In this document: positions 22,856 to 37,155 of the stretch, piece by piece
How positions within the stretch are numbered: the first letter of the stretch is position 1
How the letters are laid out: each line of letters opens with the position of its first letter
Assembly (NCBI GenBank): GCA_010093605.1
Contig: MU004183.1
Span: forward strand, 1,054,001 to 1,118,000
Direction: 5' to 3'
DNA length: 64,000 bases
From: Lophium mytilinum
Taxonomy: Eukaryota
The notes under the pieces: model-generated
Told to the model about the DNA's origin: nothing
Databases searched by the model: none
Seen by the model: only the letters and a program-made list of their open reading frames with translations
Made by a program: the position numbers and the translations under genes

Positions 22856-25813
22856 ATGCTAGGTATCTCAGCAGTGATCCCTCGGGATCCGCTGCAAATG
22901 GTCACCATTGCTCTTTGGATACTTGGCGTATTCCTCACTTCCGTCTTCCTAATTGCTTTGAACTCGAAAAAAGACCCCACAGAGGCTACTGATGCCATCA
23001 AAGCGTACTTCAGGTTCTTCTATGCATGCTTTGTGAAACCGCATACAGGCGATGGGACCGGCAGTCAACAAGATGCTCTTGTGCGACCAACTTCGTCTTG
23101 CAATATAATGTCACTCTAACTTCCGCAGGAAAGCTTCTATAAAGCGCAGGCTGAAGTCTACGATGCAACTCGCTCAAGACTACTTCACGGCCGCAAAGAT
23201 TTGTTGGGCCTTGTTGCAGCTCAACTTGAACATCGGACAAAGGCAGGACTCATCAACAACAAACCAGTCTGGGTAGATGTGAGTCTTGATACTTCATCCG
23301 TAATCAGAAATTCTACGAACTGAACGTTGCAGATTGGAGGCGGCACAGGGCACAAGTCAGTCTTATGCAACTTCAGTCTTTCTTCCTCCTGACATCCTCA
23401 TTTCTCAGTGTTGAGCAGATGTTTGCGTTTATTCCCGTACCCGAGTTCTTCAAAGCCGTCTGTATGTATCTGCTCGCCGATCGTCGTCTGCATATTCTCT
23501 TACACGCGCAATAGATGTCGTGGACCTCTCTCCGAGTCTTTGCGAGATGGCAAGGAAGCGATTTGAACGTCTAGGCTGGAGCAACGTTAAAGTCGTCTGC
23601 CAGGATGCTCGGGCGTTCCGTCTCCACGAACACGAACAAGAAGCACGCCAGCGAAAGGAAGTCGTCCTTAAGGGCCAACCAGTGCGCGACCTGGACGAGA
23701 ATGCCGATGCTGGCGGCGCCGAACTCGTGACTATGAGTTACGCGCTGTCCATGATTCCAGAATTCTACCCCGTCATCGATTCGATATCGTCGTTGATTTC
23801 TCCTAATGCCGTCATTGGTGTTTGCGACTTCTATGTTCAGAATAAGGTTGACTACCAGAGCCGAAACTATACTGGAGGCGTTATTGACAGGCACTGCATG
23901 TGGATTTCACGGGTCTTTTGGCGAACGTGGTTCGAGATTGACCGCGTGAATCTTGAAGCAGCTAGGAGGGTAAGCATTTCGTCCCTCGTGCTGAACCATT
24001 CTGACGCTGTCAGGATTACTTGGAGTACCGCTTCGGAACGATACTTGGTGTCAACGCCCGCAACCACTTCTTTGGCGTGAGACTACCTTACTATATCTGG
24101 ATAGGTTGCTCTAAAGATAGCGGCGCATCAACCACGAGGCTGGCTGAAATCGATGCTGCTGCCACGGAATCTCCATATCTCTCCGCACTGGACCTCCGGA
24201 CTGGGCCAACACCCGGGGATGTAGAGATCCGTTCCAAGGCCTATGAGTCAGCCATCGTCAACCTGCAGTCTAGCCTTCCATTACCTGCGACATGGTAAGC
24301 GAAATTGGCATTAAGAACACTCATTTACGATCCTGATATGAGAACAGGTATCAAAATCATCACTGGAGGATACACCACGATGAGTCGCTTCCGAAACACG
24401 TGCGATTCAACAACAAATACATATATGCCTTCACATGGGAGGACAGCCGTGCTGACGCTCGCATTCTAAGAGTGCGACCCGACGACGTCGTGCTGGCCAT
24501 CACAAGCGCTGGGGACAACATTCTGTCTTTCGCATTAGAGAAACCAAGGCGTATACATGCCGTTGATCTGAAGTGAGTGGGATTCCGAGAGCGCTAGAAC
24601 CTTACTAAATATGCTTTAGCCCTTCGCAGAACCACCTGCTCGAACTCAAGGTAGCGGCATTCACAGCCCTAGGCTATTCCGATGTCTGGAAGCTGTTCGG
24701 CGAGGGAAAGCATGAGTCCTTCCGCGACGTCTTGATAAACAAACTCAGCCCTCACATGTCTAGTCTCGCCTTCCAATTCTGGTTACAGAATGGCTCCTCG
24801 TCTTTTACGAAAAATGGCCTGTATTATTCGGGAGGCTCTGGACATGCGCTCCACCTGGTCGGCTGGCTCTTCAAGGTGCTCGGGCTTTCGGAAGAAGTGA
24901 AGAAACTCTGCGCGGCCCCGACTCTAAACGAGCAGCGCGAGATCTGGCAGAAGAGTATTCGCAAGGTACTCCATAGCCGGATTTTGACGTGGGCGGTTAT
25001 TGGGAATGAGAAGTGGTTATGGAAGGCGCTCGGCGTGCCACCGGCCCAACGGAATATCATTGAGCAGGACTATGTTCATCAGGATGATGCGTCGAAGATT
25101 GGGGTCATTGGCTCGGGGCAGGCGATCTATGAGTACGTCCTCAACACGTTTGAGCCAGTAAGTGTTCCCGATCAGCATAAGAGGGGTGAGAGTTCTCTTA
25201 CGATGTACTAATACAGTATGCAGGTCGTCAACACTACTCTCATGAGCGACGATAACCACTACTACCTCCTGTGTCTCCAGGGGAAATACTCTCGGAAGAG
25301 TCATCCAGAGTATCTTACTCCGAAGGCGCACATTAAGCTCTCGAGGCCGGACGCCTTCGATGGGCTGAGGATCCACACTGATGAGATCAGCGAAGTCATT
25401 ACTCGCATGCGACCAGGCACACTGACTATCGTCGTCGTCATGGACTCTATGGATTGGTTCCCACCGAATGGTCAGCATGCTGTGCGCCAGATCAGGGCGC
25501 TGAACCGGGCTATGAAGCTCAAGGGACGTGTACTTCTCAGATCTGCGGGGATGAAACCGTGGTATATTGAGAAATTTCAGGAGCTGGGTTTTACGACTAA
25601 GAGGGTGGCCGCTAGGTTACCGGGAACTTGTATTGATCGGTGAGTGTGCTTCTTTCGAGTCTGAAGATTTTGATAACCCGCTGACTTGAGGAAAGTGTTA
25701 ACATGTACGCATCTACGTGGATTTGCACTAAAGATATATCATTAGAGCAGGAGGATGTGAAGAGAGGTCTGCGGAAAGCATCGTATAGTTCGTTGGAGCA
25801 GCTGAATATATAG
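22856..25813 (+). CDS. BTA1: Betaine lipid (DGTS) synthase Bta1: SAM methyltransferase (BtaB-like) fused to DUF3419 (BtaA-like)
   Basis: N-terminal TM segment, then QQDALESFYKAQAEVYDATRSRLLHGR, WVD/IGGGTG (SAM motif I), VDLSPSLCEMARKRFERLGW, TMSYALSMIP, YIYAFTWED, AITSAGDN, QNHLLELK, VVMDSMDWF, CIDR/VNMYASTW. About 9 short introns. Confidence 0.9.
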
Positions 25814-26024
25814 GATCAAAGGGTTTGCTTTCGAAGTTCTTAGTGTGCGGATGTACTCCTTCTGCGCTACTTCAACTGGGAGTCACCCATCCGTAGCTAT
25901 AAACAGTCAGCTAGAGGGCAGAGCAGCATTACAAGATATAGTTTTGGGCATCTTAGATTTGATAGCACACCATACTTATTTACAACCATGCACCAATCGC
26001 AAAAACCGAAATGAGGACTAGAGC

Positions 26025-26767
26025 TCAGAATTCCCCTCCCGTCTTAGTCCGCTCCTCCTCCAGCTCCCGCTCGGCCTGCCGATAGTACTTCGCCGTATCC
26101 ACACCATGATGGGGGTGGTTAACAAAGTTGAACCACGGTAGCACGTGAATGAAGGTGCCCGCGTATCTCGAGTTCCGCGATGCGACGCCCTGCAGGTGCT
26201 CCGACAGTGTGGATTTGCCGTACAGCGGCTCGCCCGCCTTGACTTTGCTAACCATCTCCTTCATATCTAGGTCGATTTCGCGCCGGTTCTCGGCCGCGCC
26301 GTAGAAGCGGTCTGGGGGCCGGCATTGTTAGGATATGGACGCTTGTCTGTGAGGGGTGGGTTGCTACGCACTGATGGAATTGGAATACACTAAAAGAAAG
26401 CCGCCAGTGAGACCAATTGCTCCAGTCAGGCGCATAATGGGTGCGAATCCGCCCTTGCCGACGTAGGACGGGGAGACTCGCTCCCAGTAGAGCATCAAGG
26501 CGGGACCGATGGCGGAGAATCCGGCGCCGTAAGCCCAGTCCGACGGCCGAGCGTATTTCACCACTCGCTTGAAGTGACTGCTGCTGTCAGCGTGTGCGGG
26601 AGAGGTAGAGGATCGAGGCGGCTTTACGGGTCACTGTCGATGAGCTGGGTGGTGTTAGCAATGGAGAAGGCATTGAGACAGCATTATGGCCCGGGGCGAC
26701 TCACCGGATAGTCCCCCTCGATGTGCTTGTGCGGCACGACTGGCGTGGTCCTCTCTTCTGTAGCCAT
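26025..26767 (-). CDS. NUXM: NADH:ubiquinone oxidoreductase 21 kDa (20.9 kDa) accessory subunit, NUXM
   Basis: Spliced product MATEERTTPVVPHKHIEGDYP/LIDSDP/HFKRVVKYARPSD...RFYGAAENRRE...KAGEPLYGKSTLSEHLQGVASRNSRY...PWFNFVNHPHHGVDTAKYY. Includes a 17-nt micro-exon at 26628-26644. Confidence 0.92.
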
Positions 26768-27208
26768 GGCGGTGGATGGGGGTGTCGTGGGAGCTCGGAG
26801 GTGGAGTGCTGCGGAGGGACGGGAGAGGTTGAACGTCGAAGCCAAGACTTCGAAGACAAGCGCAAGGCTGATCGCAAAGCTCCATCGCGAAAAGTTGCAG
26901 GCGCGTCACCGACCTGCGAAGACTGAACCACCATGAACACGCGCCTATCCACCTGATTTACGACTGACCTGAGGCCGAAGGATTCATTACTGTACTGGCA
27001 GAGCGCTGGTTTACTCGCGCGCAGGAACCGTCGCGAAGTGACTGCTCAACCTGGATCCATCCACCACGACTTTGATCTTGGAGCCAAGCTGGACTTCACC
27101 CGCCAACCCACCATCGAATAGCACGCCGCGCTTCAATTCGTGAAGCAGCGCCTCGCAGTGCCAGCATCTACGGCTCTACAAGAAACCTGTTCGAGCAGGG
27201 CCGCAACT

Positions 27209-30200
27209 ATGGAAGAAAACAACAATGTATTCGCCATACATACACGACCCACCATCGCAGACCTCCACGGAGAAAATCACTTTGCGCAGCTGGCACGAAA
27301 GCATTGGCTGAGCCCCTCGAAGCCAGCGAAGATCAACCAGAAGATTGTCAAGGAAGAGCTATGGGACGAGCTAGAGAAGTGCGATTTTGCTTTCGGATCT
27401 CTCCTAGTCCTGGAGAACCTTCAGTTGCTTGAGAAGTATCTGTGGCCTGGGTACTCCGAGGATGCTTCGAACTACCAAATCCTCTTGCTTGCGTTGATGG
27501 TCAACGTGAAGCGAAGAGAAAACCTACCGTCTTGGGGTGAGTTGTCCCATCCCGATCGATGGAAGCCCAGACTAACTGTAAACCAGATCACTTCAATAGC
27601 AAGCCCTCTGAATTCTCGTCCTTCTTCCGTCGAATACTCTCCATGAGTATCGACAATTCACTTCCTATGAAGATCCGTACACAGCTCATCTCCTTCGTCA
27701 TTGGCGCCTTCCAATCCTTAGACAGCGGGCTGGTCAGAAAGGAATGCGCTCCCCTGGTGTCGATATCAATCTGGCAAAACCTCCACAGCGAAGTGGTCAG
27801 GGATCGTTTGTTCGAGAAGAACCCAGTGCTGAAGAAAGCATGGAGGGCAACGTCGAAACGGTTCGACTCTGCCGACGACGATGTGAAGGCAAGATTACGG
27901 TTCGAACGGTCCTGGCTGTACACTTTGCTATTGGACTTCTTGGACCGAGTGTATGGCGATACAGCATCGGACGATGCCAGCTACTGTGAGCGCTTCGTTG
28001 AGCTCCTCACCGACCTCCAAAGCCAGCTTCCTACAAGAAGGTATGTTAGCACATTGCTGCAGGATTTGAATCTACTCCCGGCAATTCGTCTTTCGCCAAT
28101 GTACACCGACGAGGACAACGGGCTGTTCCGCGATCTGTACATTCTTTTACGTCACTTCACGTATTTCCCAATCGACGATCAAACGGGACAACATCAAACG
28201 GACCTCGAATACCACGAGGCGCATTACTCGAAGTTGGCCAAGTTACAGCGGACAGCCTTCAAGCACTTCAAGTCGAAACTCACTATCCTAGCCCTATCTA
28301 ACTATGGCTCTCTTAATCAGAGAGCTGATTTGGAAGGGCATTTGGATGAGCTTACTGACGATGAGCTGGTTCAGCTTTGCACTTTATTAGGCTTCCGTAC
28401 GGAGTATCCCAAATCATCGTCGCTAGCACAGGGAAAGGATTTCTTCATGGAATTGATCATCGAGGCGCACGAGGGGAGACCAACGTTTCAGGAAGCAGTG
28501 AGGAACATGCCCATCCTCCCAACAGAGCGTATCTTGTACGAACCCACATTTTTGCGAAACGAGTCATACGACGGCTCGAGACCCCTGGCCATTCCGAAAT
28601 TGAATCTTCAGTACCTCACAATAGGCGATTTTCTCTGGAGGTCGTTCATCTTGCATCGATGCGAGTCATTTTACGAGATCAGAAAAGATATGGAAGATGT
28701 CATTAGACGACTCCAGCCGAAACCTACTGGAACAGGCACCAAATTCAACGGATTCTCGCGCATGGCTCTACCAATATCGAAACCTGCCATCATTGATGTT
28801 GCACCCCCCAAGGTTGGAGACGAGCACCCTGCTCAAGTGAAGGCCGAGATCATCTTGGATGTGAGCCGCTTGAACTACGGTGTACGAAAAGACTGGGACT
28901 CTCTGCGCGCTGATGATGTTGTCTTCCTGCTGGATGTTCATCCCGTGGATGAAGACATGCCAATGGGAAATGGACATCGACCTCAACGTTCAGGGCAGCA
29001 GGGAGGGCTCCGACGATTAAGGGCGGCAGAGGTCATACAGGTCCAGGACGAAAAGGGCCGCCCCCTCCGTGATCATCAAAACAAAGATGGCGAGTCGTAC
29101 CGACCACGACAACGGAGACTGCTCGTAAGACTGGATGCTGTTGCGTACCAAGAAGACATGGATCGAGTTGCAACTGGCAAACCAAGCGTATATGAGAACA
29201 TCAATCTCATTGTTCGCCGCCGAGGACGCGAAAATAATTTCAAGCCAATTCTCGAATCCATCAAACAACTTACGTTATCTGATATACCAGCACCATCCTG
29301 GCTCCAAGAGGTATTCCTCGGTTATGGTGATCCCGCATCAGCGACCTACAAGCGCCTCGCAAACCGCTTGCAATCGATAGATTTCCGCGACACCTTCCTT
29401 GACTGGCATCATCTCATTCAGAGCTTACCAGGCAAATCAATCGAGCCCCACGAGGACGCAGATTCTAGCTTCGGCCCTCCCTACGTGGTGGAATATCCAG
29501 CGGGCGATGCAGAGCCAATTCCAGTCAGGCCATCCAAGAAACGACGACGAGATCAAGTTGAGATCACACAGCCACAGCCTGTACATGAGTCTCTGCAAGT
29601 GTCTACATATAAACCACCCAACACCGGACCATATCCAACGGACGCGCCCAGGCTAAATGCTATTCGATTTACCCCGACGCAAATCGAGGCCATAACTTCC
29701 GGCACCCAGCCTGGATTGACCGTGATAGTCGGACCACCAGGTACTGGAAAGACGGACGTTGCTACACAAATCATAAACAACATATATCACAACTTCCCGG
29801 ATCAACGGACCTTGCTGGTAGCACATAGTAATCAAGCACTCAACCAGCTATTCCAGAAGATTGTGGCACTCGACATCGACGAACGCCACCTTCTCCGCCT
29901 TGGCCATGGTGAGGAAGAGCTTGAGACAGAGGCCAATTATAGCAAGCATGGCCGTGTAGAGTCTTTCTTGGAAAATCGCACACGCTTCTTGCAAGAGGTC
30001 GACCGTCTCGCACAGAACTTTGGCGCGCCTGGCGCACACGGGAGCTCATGCGAAACAGCTGGATACTTCAATTCGGTTTATGTGTTGCCAGCATGGGCCA
30101 AGTATTGGGATCTTGTCCAATCTGACGACTTCACGATCAAGCAAATAATCAACGAATTTCCTTTCCAGATGTATTTCTCCACCGCCCCGCAGCCTTTGTT

Positions 30201-31577
30201 TGAACAGGAGGCGACGCGCGAGGAGATCGTCGACGTAGTCGAGGGCTGCTACCGACATGTCGAGAAGATTTTTACCGAGCTGGAGGACATTCGTCCTTTT
30301 GAGATTCTTGGGAGGCCACGGGACAAGGCCAATTATCTTCTCGTCAAGGAAGCTCGCATCGTTGCTATGACTTCGACTCACGCCGCTATGCGAAGACAAG
30401 AGATTGCAAACCTAGGCTTCCATTACGACAACGTCATCATGGAGGAAGCAGCGCAGATCACAGAAATTGAAAACTTCATCCCTCTCGCTCTTCAGCACCC
30501 CAAAAATGGGGAGCTACCACTGCAGCGCGTTGTTCTCTGCGGAGACCACCTTCAGAACTCCCCCATCATCCAAAATCTCGCCTTCCGACAATACGCCAAC
30601 CTCGAGCAGAGCTTATTCCTTCGACTTGTCCGCTTGGGCGTCCCTACCATTATGCTCGACCAACAAGGTCGCGCTCGTCCCAGCATCGCCGAGCTTTACA
30701 AATGGCGGTACACCCGCCTGGGCAACCTCCCCATTGTCGAAACAGCGCCCGAATATCAGTCCGCGAACGCTGGCTTCCGCTACGACTACCAATTCATCAA
30801 CGTGCCAGACTACAAAGGCAAAGGTGAAATGGAACCAACGCCCCACTTCATCCAGAACCTCGGCGAAGCTGAATACGCTGTCGCGCTATTCATGTACATG
30901 CGGCTGCTGGGTTACCCGGCCTCCAAGATCTCGATACTGACGACGTACGCGGGACAGCGCGCTCTGATTCGGGATGTGTTGGGGCATCGCTGCGCGAAGA
31001 ACAGACTGTTTGGACTGCCGAGGATCGTTACGACGGTGGATAAGTACCAGGGTGAACAGAATGATTGTAAGAACCCACTTTCCCTTTCAAAGTCAAAATA
31101 GGATCATGTGATTGATGAGTAATTGTAGTCATCATCCTCTCGCTCACCCGCACCACCCGCGTCGGCTACCTCCGCGACATCCGTCGCCTCACCGTCGCCC
31201 TCTCCCGCGCCCGTCTGGGCCTGTATATCCTCGGCCGCCGCGACGTCTTCGAGGCCTGCTTCGAGCTCAAAGAGGCGTTTGATCGGCTACTGCGCCGCAC
31301 GGACAAGCTCGCGCTCGTCACTGATGAAATGTTCCCCGCGACGCGCTTGCTGGATGGCAAATCGGAGTCGACGGAGATGGAGGGGGTAGAGCATCTGGGG
31401 CAGTACGTGTACGAGATGACGCAGGCGAAGGTGGCGGCGTTGAAGAAAAATGGGGGCGTGCTGCCACCAATTGAAGAGGAGGCGAAGGCTGAAGATGTGG
31501 ACATGGAGGATGGAGAGGAGGGGTACATCAAGGAGGAAGAAATGGAGGAGCCAGATGATGTGGAGGGCTTTCAGTAG
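27209..31577 (+). CDS. AQR: Intron-binding spliceosomal helicase Aquarius (Cwf11/IBP160; Upf1-like SF1)
   Basis: Motifs [110 protein letters not shown]. Introns at ~27537-27586 and ~31067-31128. Confidence 0.95.
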
Positions 31578-31805
31578 GTTTTCTTATTATAGGTGGGTTT
31601 GGGTCTCAGGGTCATACGTGATAAGGTCGCGTAGTGCTCCACGTTTGTAGGAATTGTACAAAAAGATACCAAGTTTGAAATATCAGGATTATCTATGATA
31701 TACCAGCCACCGTGCTTGCTTGTCGCCATGTCCCACAGAAATATCATACGCACAGCCCCAGCGCCGTCCATGCGTCAATCGTAACATCGTAAGAGACAGT
31801 TGCCA

Positions 31806-34800
31806 TCACGTAGGCATCATGCCAATGCCAGTAAATCCTCCACCACCACCCCGAGGTTGCCACCCATTTCCCCCGCTCGTTCTTCCGTTGCCGCTCTTCT
31901 TGCCATATCCTTTCTTAGAGACACCGCCTCCTGAGCTCCGACCTTTGCTTCCCCTAGAAGCCTTCCTATGACCTCCACCCTTTTGATATGGAGGCTTCGA
32001 CGGACCTCCCCGACTCTTTGGCGCAGCTCGAGCGGGAACACGGGCACTAGTATTGGCCCGAGGCGCTGGTGCCCAGTTCATCTGGGGGGGAGCTCGTTGA
32101 TTGACCGGCTCCGGTTCCGGATGTGCAAAGAAATGGCTGCGTTCCCCTGAAGGTTCGTCCAAGACGTCCTCAAAGACGGAGCTGTCGTAGTCGGACTCTT
32201 CTGGCTCTGGAGCCTCTTCTTCATCGTCGCTAATCTCAATTGGCATGATCCTATGGTTCGGATCTTGCGGGACGTCGCTGTCACCGTCCTGGTCGGCATC
32301 ATCCAATTCCAAGACTGCTCTTCCTCCCCTTGCTAAAGTGAGGAATGCTTTCCCGTGAAGTCGAACCATTTCGGGGTTGATTCCTTTGATCTTGAGAAGT
32401 CCTTCTTCGGTGGCGGGAAGGACAATGCCGATCTCGCGAAGGATAGTATCTGAGAAAGGCTGGCTGCGAAGGTTCTTCTTGACCATTATGTCCTTGGCTT
32501 TCTCCTTCGCTTTTTCCATGAAGTCTTCCAATACAGCACTTTGCAACTCGTCCAAGCTAGCAATTCTTTGGTCGATAGTGATCGGGGGTCCAGGCATTCG
32601 TCTTTTGTTGGGTTTCGACCTTACAGGCCCGGGTATTGGCTCAAATCTGTCGTCCTCGTTGTCATCGACCACAAACCCGTCTTCTTCGTAGCCATTTGCA
32701 TGGGAGCCCGCTTTGCTACCGCCGTACTCTCCATGAACCTCATCTTCGTCCTCATCGCTCAGGATACGGCGTTGGCGCCGTTTAGTGGCCGCTGCGACTG
32801 GAGAAGACAGGTTTGTAGAGGGGTAGTCTGCTCGAGCAGCTGCTACGCCTGTTCGAGGCTGTTTGCCATTCTTCTTTGCCGTAGGCCTTGCCGCTTTAGG
32901 CTTCGAAGCTGACGACATACGGACCTGGAGATTCAGACGCTTCCCACGTCTCACATAATCGTCACTCCTACGCCCAAGCTATGCAAGTCAGTGTCGAACA
33001 TTGAAAGCTGAGACCAACACTTACCTGTAAGTAGTTCGTCGCGAATTTCATCTTATTCATGACGCTTTCCTCTCGAAGGACCTCTTCGTCTATGAGTCGT
33101 TGAAACAAACGCTCAACATCACCACGCTCCAGGTCTGCCCCCACACCAAAATCTTCGAGGTGACTGTATGCACCGACTTTTTTGCCTTTCGCACCACGCA
33201 ACACATCCACACAGTGCAAGAGAGTCACTTTGTCCGTTTGCATCCTACCCACCAAGCGTACTGCAGCGGCGGCGTGTTTGGTCACGTCTTTGGTTTCGAA
33301 TGTAGCGTTTTCGATGCAATTGTCGCAGGTATCGTTGCAGTCCTCGCGATCAAAAGATTCACTGAAATATTTCAGAATCTGGACTCGACGGCAGTCGCTT
33401 CGATTTTCACAGAACTGGACGACATTTCGGAGCATCTCCCGTTGTCGTTCTTTCTGCTCCCAAACACCTTCTCCTTCGTCGATCATTCGTTTAAGTGACC
33501 TCGTGTCGCCGTATCCATAGTACAGGTAGCAACCGGATCTCTTCCCGTCACGACCTGCACGTCCAGTTTCTTGATAATAGCCTTCTAAGCTTTTCGGAAT
33601 GTGGTGATGTATCACAAACCGCACATCAGGCTTATCGATGCCCATACCGAACGCAATAGTAGCAACAATGACATGGTAAACGCCTTTTTGCCATTGCTTT
33701 TGCACTCTCGACTTCTCTTTTGAATCCATCTTTGCATGATAGTGGTGTGCTGAGATGCCGTGCTTCTCACGGAGCTTCTTCGCATTGTCTTCACAGGCCT
33801 TCCGAGATAGACAGTAAACAATCCCGGACATGTTTCTGTAGTTCTTATCGATAATTTCGGCAATATCGCTTATAACATCCTTGCCCTTCTTCCGGATTTC
33901 GTAAGAAAGGTTAGGTCGATTGAAGCTCTGCGTAAAGACTGCACATCCCTCGATGCCTAAATTGAACATGACATCCTTCTTAACCATCTGTGTTGCAGTC
34001 GCGGTCAACGCCATGACAGGAACACCTTGAAACTGTTTTCGAACTTCTCCAAGCGCTTTGTAGTCTGGCCGAAAGTCGTGGCCCCACTGACTGACACAGT
34101 GAGCTTCGTCGATGACTATCCGTGCAAGACGCCCTCGTCTATGCAAATCTTTGAAAATGTCTATCATAGACTGATTTAAGCTCAACATTTCCGGTGTCAC
34201 ATAAAGGCATTGAATGTCCTGTTCGACCCGAGCGCTGCGGAGCTTGGCCTTGACGTCATTCTTGTGGTCTATGGTAGACTCTCCGTTAATCAAGAAAGCC
34301 TTGACGTTTAGGTCTTTGAGATGACTGACTTGGTCCTCCATCAGACTCAACAGAGGAGATATCACAATAGTGATTCCTCTTGTCTGTCCAGACGTTATGA
34401 TGGAGGGCAGCTGGTAGCAAAGAGACTTGCCTCCCCCCGTGGGCATGAGTACGAAACAGTCTTGGCCACTAAGCGTAGCATTGATCGCTTCGAGTTGATG
34501 AGGTCTGAATCCTTTGAGCTTGAATCGTGTCTTTAAAACATGTCCTACATCCCGTGACCATGGATGATTCATCTGCGCTGGGTCAATCCCAGGCCTATCG
34601 AGAAGTGACTTCTTTGGAGAGGGTCTAGAGCTTGATTTGGGGGGGCGAATCTGGTTTGCAGATGTTTCGGCAAGAACATCGCGTGGAGTGGCTGTCCAAT
34701 CGGGCACTCGGATTGGCTCCTGAAAATCAGTATCTTCCACTCCGATGAAGTCTTGGTCGTCAAGTTCCCCATCGAAAAGAAGTTCTTCGTCCTCTTGGAA

Positions 34801-37155
34801 CCCCATGTGATTCATGTATATGCTATCTCCGGCGTCGTTCTCGTCCGGGGAATCCTCGTCCTGGCAATATTGGTTGGAGGTATGGAACTGTGCGCTTCTC
34901 TCTCGCCCAGATACTTCCATTTCAGTGGCATGGTTAGACTGGTGTTGCGGCTTACGTGTCCTATCAAAGCTTGTCGGATCCCGAAGGTTCGTTGAAATTG
35001 ACTCCTGTGCGGTGCCAACCACATAATCGCGAGTGGTTATTTTCGGCGAGAATCCTGACCTAGTAGCTTCATTGGCCGGCTGATCATAAGCCATCGGCGA
35101 GGCAGCAAATCGAACTCCGTTCGCTGGTCTCCACGTTTCGTTTGAGAGTACTTGCGTCTGTTTCACAAATTGTGTTTGAGGAGCGGGATTTGCCTCCGGT
35201 CGGGGCCGCATGAACTGATTCTCTAGACTTGGGGACACTTGAGTCGATTCAACGACAATTCTTGCACGGTCGACGAAGTTCCGAGCGATCTCTTGAAGAT
35301 AAGCCTTGTCTTGTAGGATGCCAGCAGTTTCGAGAACTGAAAATGATTCTTCCTCAATGGCTTTCAGAGTGTTGGAGACCTCCATGGCTTCTTGCAATTC
35401 CAATCTACTTGGAAAACGTCGCCGTATCCGTTCAATCATTCTCCGGCGCCAATCATGCCCCTGTTCCATAGAAGTGATGTAATCGCCTTTCATTTTGAGT
35501 AGTCGCTCAAGTGATTGCTTCTTCTTCCTTAAGGCTGTTACCTCTGCCTGGAATCTAGGCTGCGCATGCAGTAGATCTTGCCCCGTTTCTATGCGAGAGA
35601 GCAGCTCTTCTTGCATTTGCTTGATATCGGAAGATACTTGTCCCAAGCGCTCCTGAATACTTTCCTCGGGACCAGCCAACAGTTTAGAAATGAGATCTTT
35701 GTTTGCGTGCTTGAGTTCTGGAAAAGCCAGTTCCTTCGGCTTGGGGTCAGGTGACTCTAGAGCATGATGAACGGACAACTGAGGCTCTTGCTGGGATAAC
35801 ATGGGTTTGTGCTTGGCAGGAACGACTACCGAGATGTTTCCATGAGTTCGTTGGGAGGCGGACGCCTGAAGTGGGGCAGCCTGAGAGCGAACTGGCGATG
35901 GAGATGATACGACACTTTTCGTTGGTTTCGTTGGGGATTCGAAGCACCTTGTTGGGCGAGTGGAATGATTGAATGGGTTCTCGGGCTGGGTTTCCATGAC
36001 ACCATATTCGTCTTCATCATCTTCTGAGTCCGCGATCGAATCTGGCACGACTCGAGTATGTTTATTCTGGGTCCTGGAACATGACGCACTCGGAGTGCTG
36101 AAATCACTTTTGAGCTTCTTCTTCTGTGGCGAAGAATGTTGTTCCTGCTTCCCTGGCTTTGGGGAAGGAAGTAAGATATCAGATGTCACTCGACTCAAGG
36201 ATCTTCGGACGCTTGTTGTTTTGATTGTAGTTCGTTCTTCCGTAGTAATGAAGGTTTTCTCATCCTCATCATCCTCGTCAATGTCGTGTGAATCAAACGA
36301 TTCCTCCTTCTCCGGACTCTTGCGATTGTGCGCGATGGTAGAATATGGCGGCGGCGGTTCATCCAGCGGATCGCTCAAAACCACATCAATCGGCATGAAT
36401 TCGTGGTCATTTGAGGATGAAATGTTCGCGTTCGCAGCTTTTGCTCTTGGGGGCCGCGACCGAGGCTCGGGCCGGAGATCGGATTCGAAGTCTTCACTCT
36501 TCCGCTTCTTTCCTCTTGCCTCTGGTACTGGGCATGGAGATTGGGGCTTGTCGTTGCCCCCAGTTAGATCCACAGCGTCGACATAATCCCACGCCTCCGG
36601 CTTTCTCGTTCTAGGCCTTGCGGTAGAGCTACCAGTCGGAGGGGGAGGTTGTCGCGTGGTAATTGCCGGCCTTAGATGAGTATGCGCGGGAATCTCTGAC
36701 CGCTCTGTGGAAGGAGATTTGTTAGTACTGGGAACCTCCATGTTCAACCTATACGTACCGTTGTCTTGAACTGGAGATCGGGGCCTAGCTGATACACCGG
36801 AAGGTGTTGCACTCGGCGTATGGCGCCCTTGGATCATAAGTCGGGGTCTCGAGGCAGACGCAGAGCCGGGTCGTAGTCGGGCCATATCAGAGTCGGTGTC
36901 GCCGGATATGTAGCTATTCTGAATCTCCGTTTGTCGTGCAGCAAGAAGGTTGGTTCGAGCTGTTGGAGGTTGAACATGTGTATCGCGTGTGACATGTCCC
37001 AGAGAGGGCTCTTTGTTTGAGAGAGACGGTTCGGAGCCTGTCGCTGAGTCCCGGGCGCGGTCCGAAAGGAAAGGTAGAGAGGCGACAGGCGGAGGTATGA
37101 ATGGCTTTTTGGATATCAACCATGCAAGGTGCTCATTCAAATTGTTCCGCGTCAT
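31806..37155 (-). CDS. SGS1: RecQ DNA helicase, Sgs1/MusN/BLM type (helicase, RQC, HRDC)
   Basis: N-terminus MTRNNLNEHLAWL, then FRPHQLEAINATL, MPTGGGKSLCYQLP, IDEAHCVSQWGHDFRPDY, ATIAFGMGIDKPDVRFV, YYQETGRAGRDG, RQC cysteines, and HRDC-like FSDTILREIG. Introns at 32979-33024 and probably 36705-36758. Confidence 0.96.

Noticed and set aside
15829..25813. TMLH plus BTA1 as a trimethylammonium/betaine metabolic cluster
   Set aside because: They belong to different pathways (carnitine vs DGTS) with no shared intermediate, and are separated by a tRNA, RPT5 and gene-free DNA.
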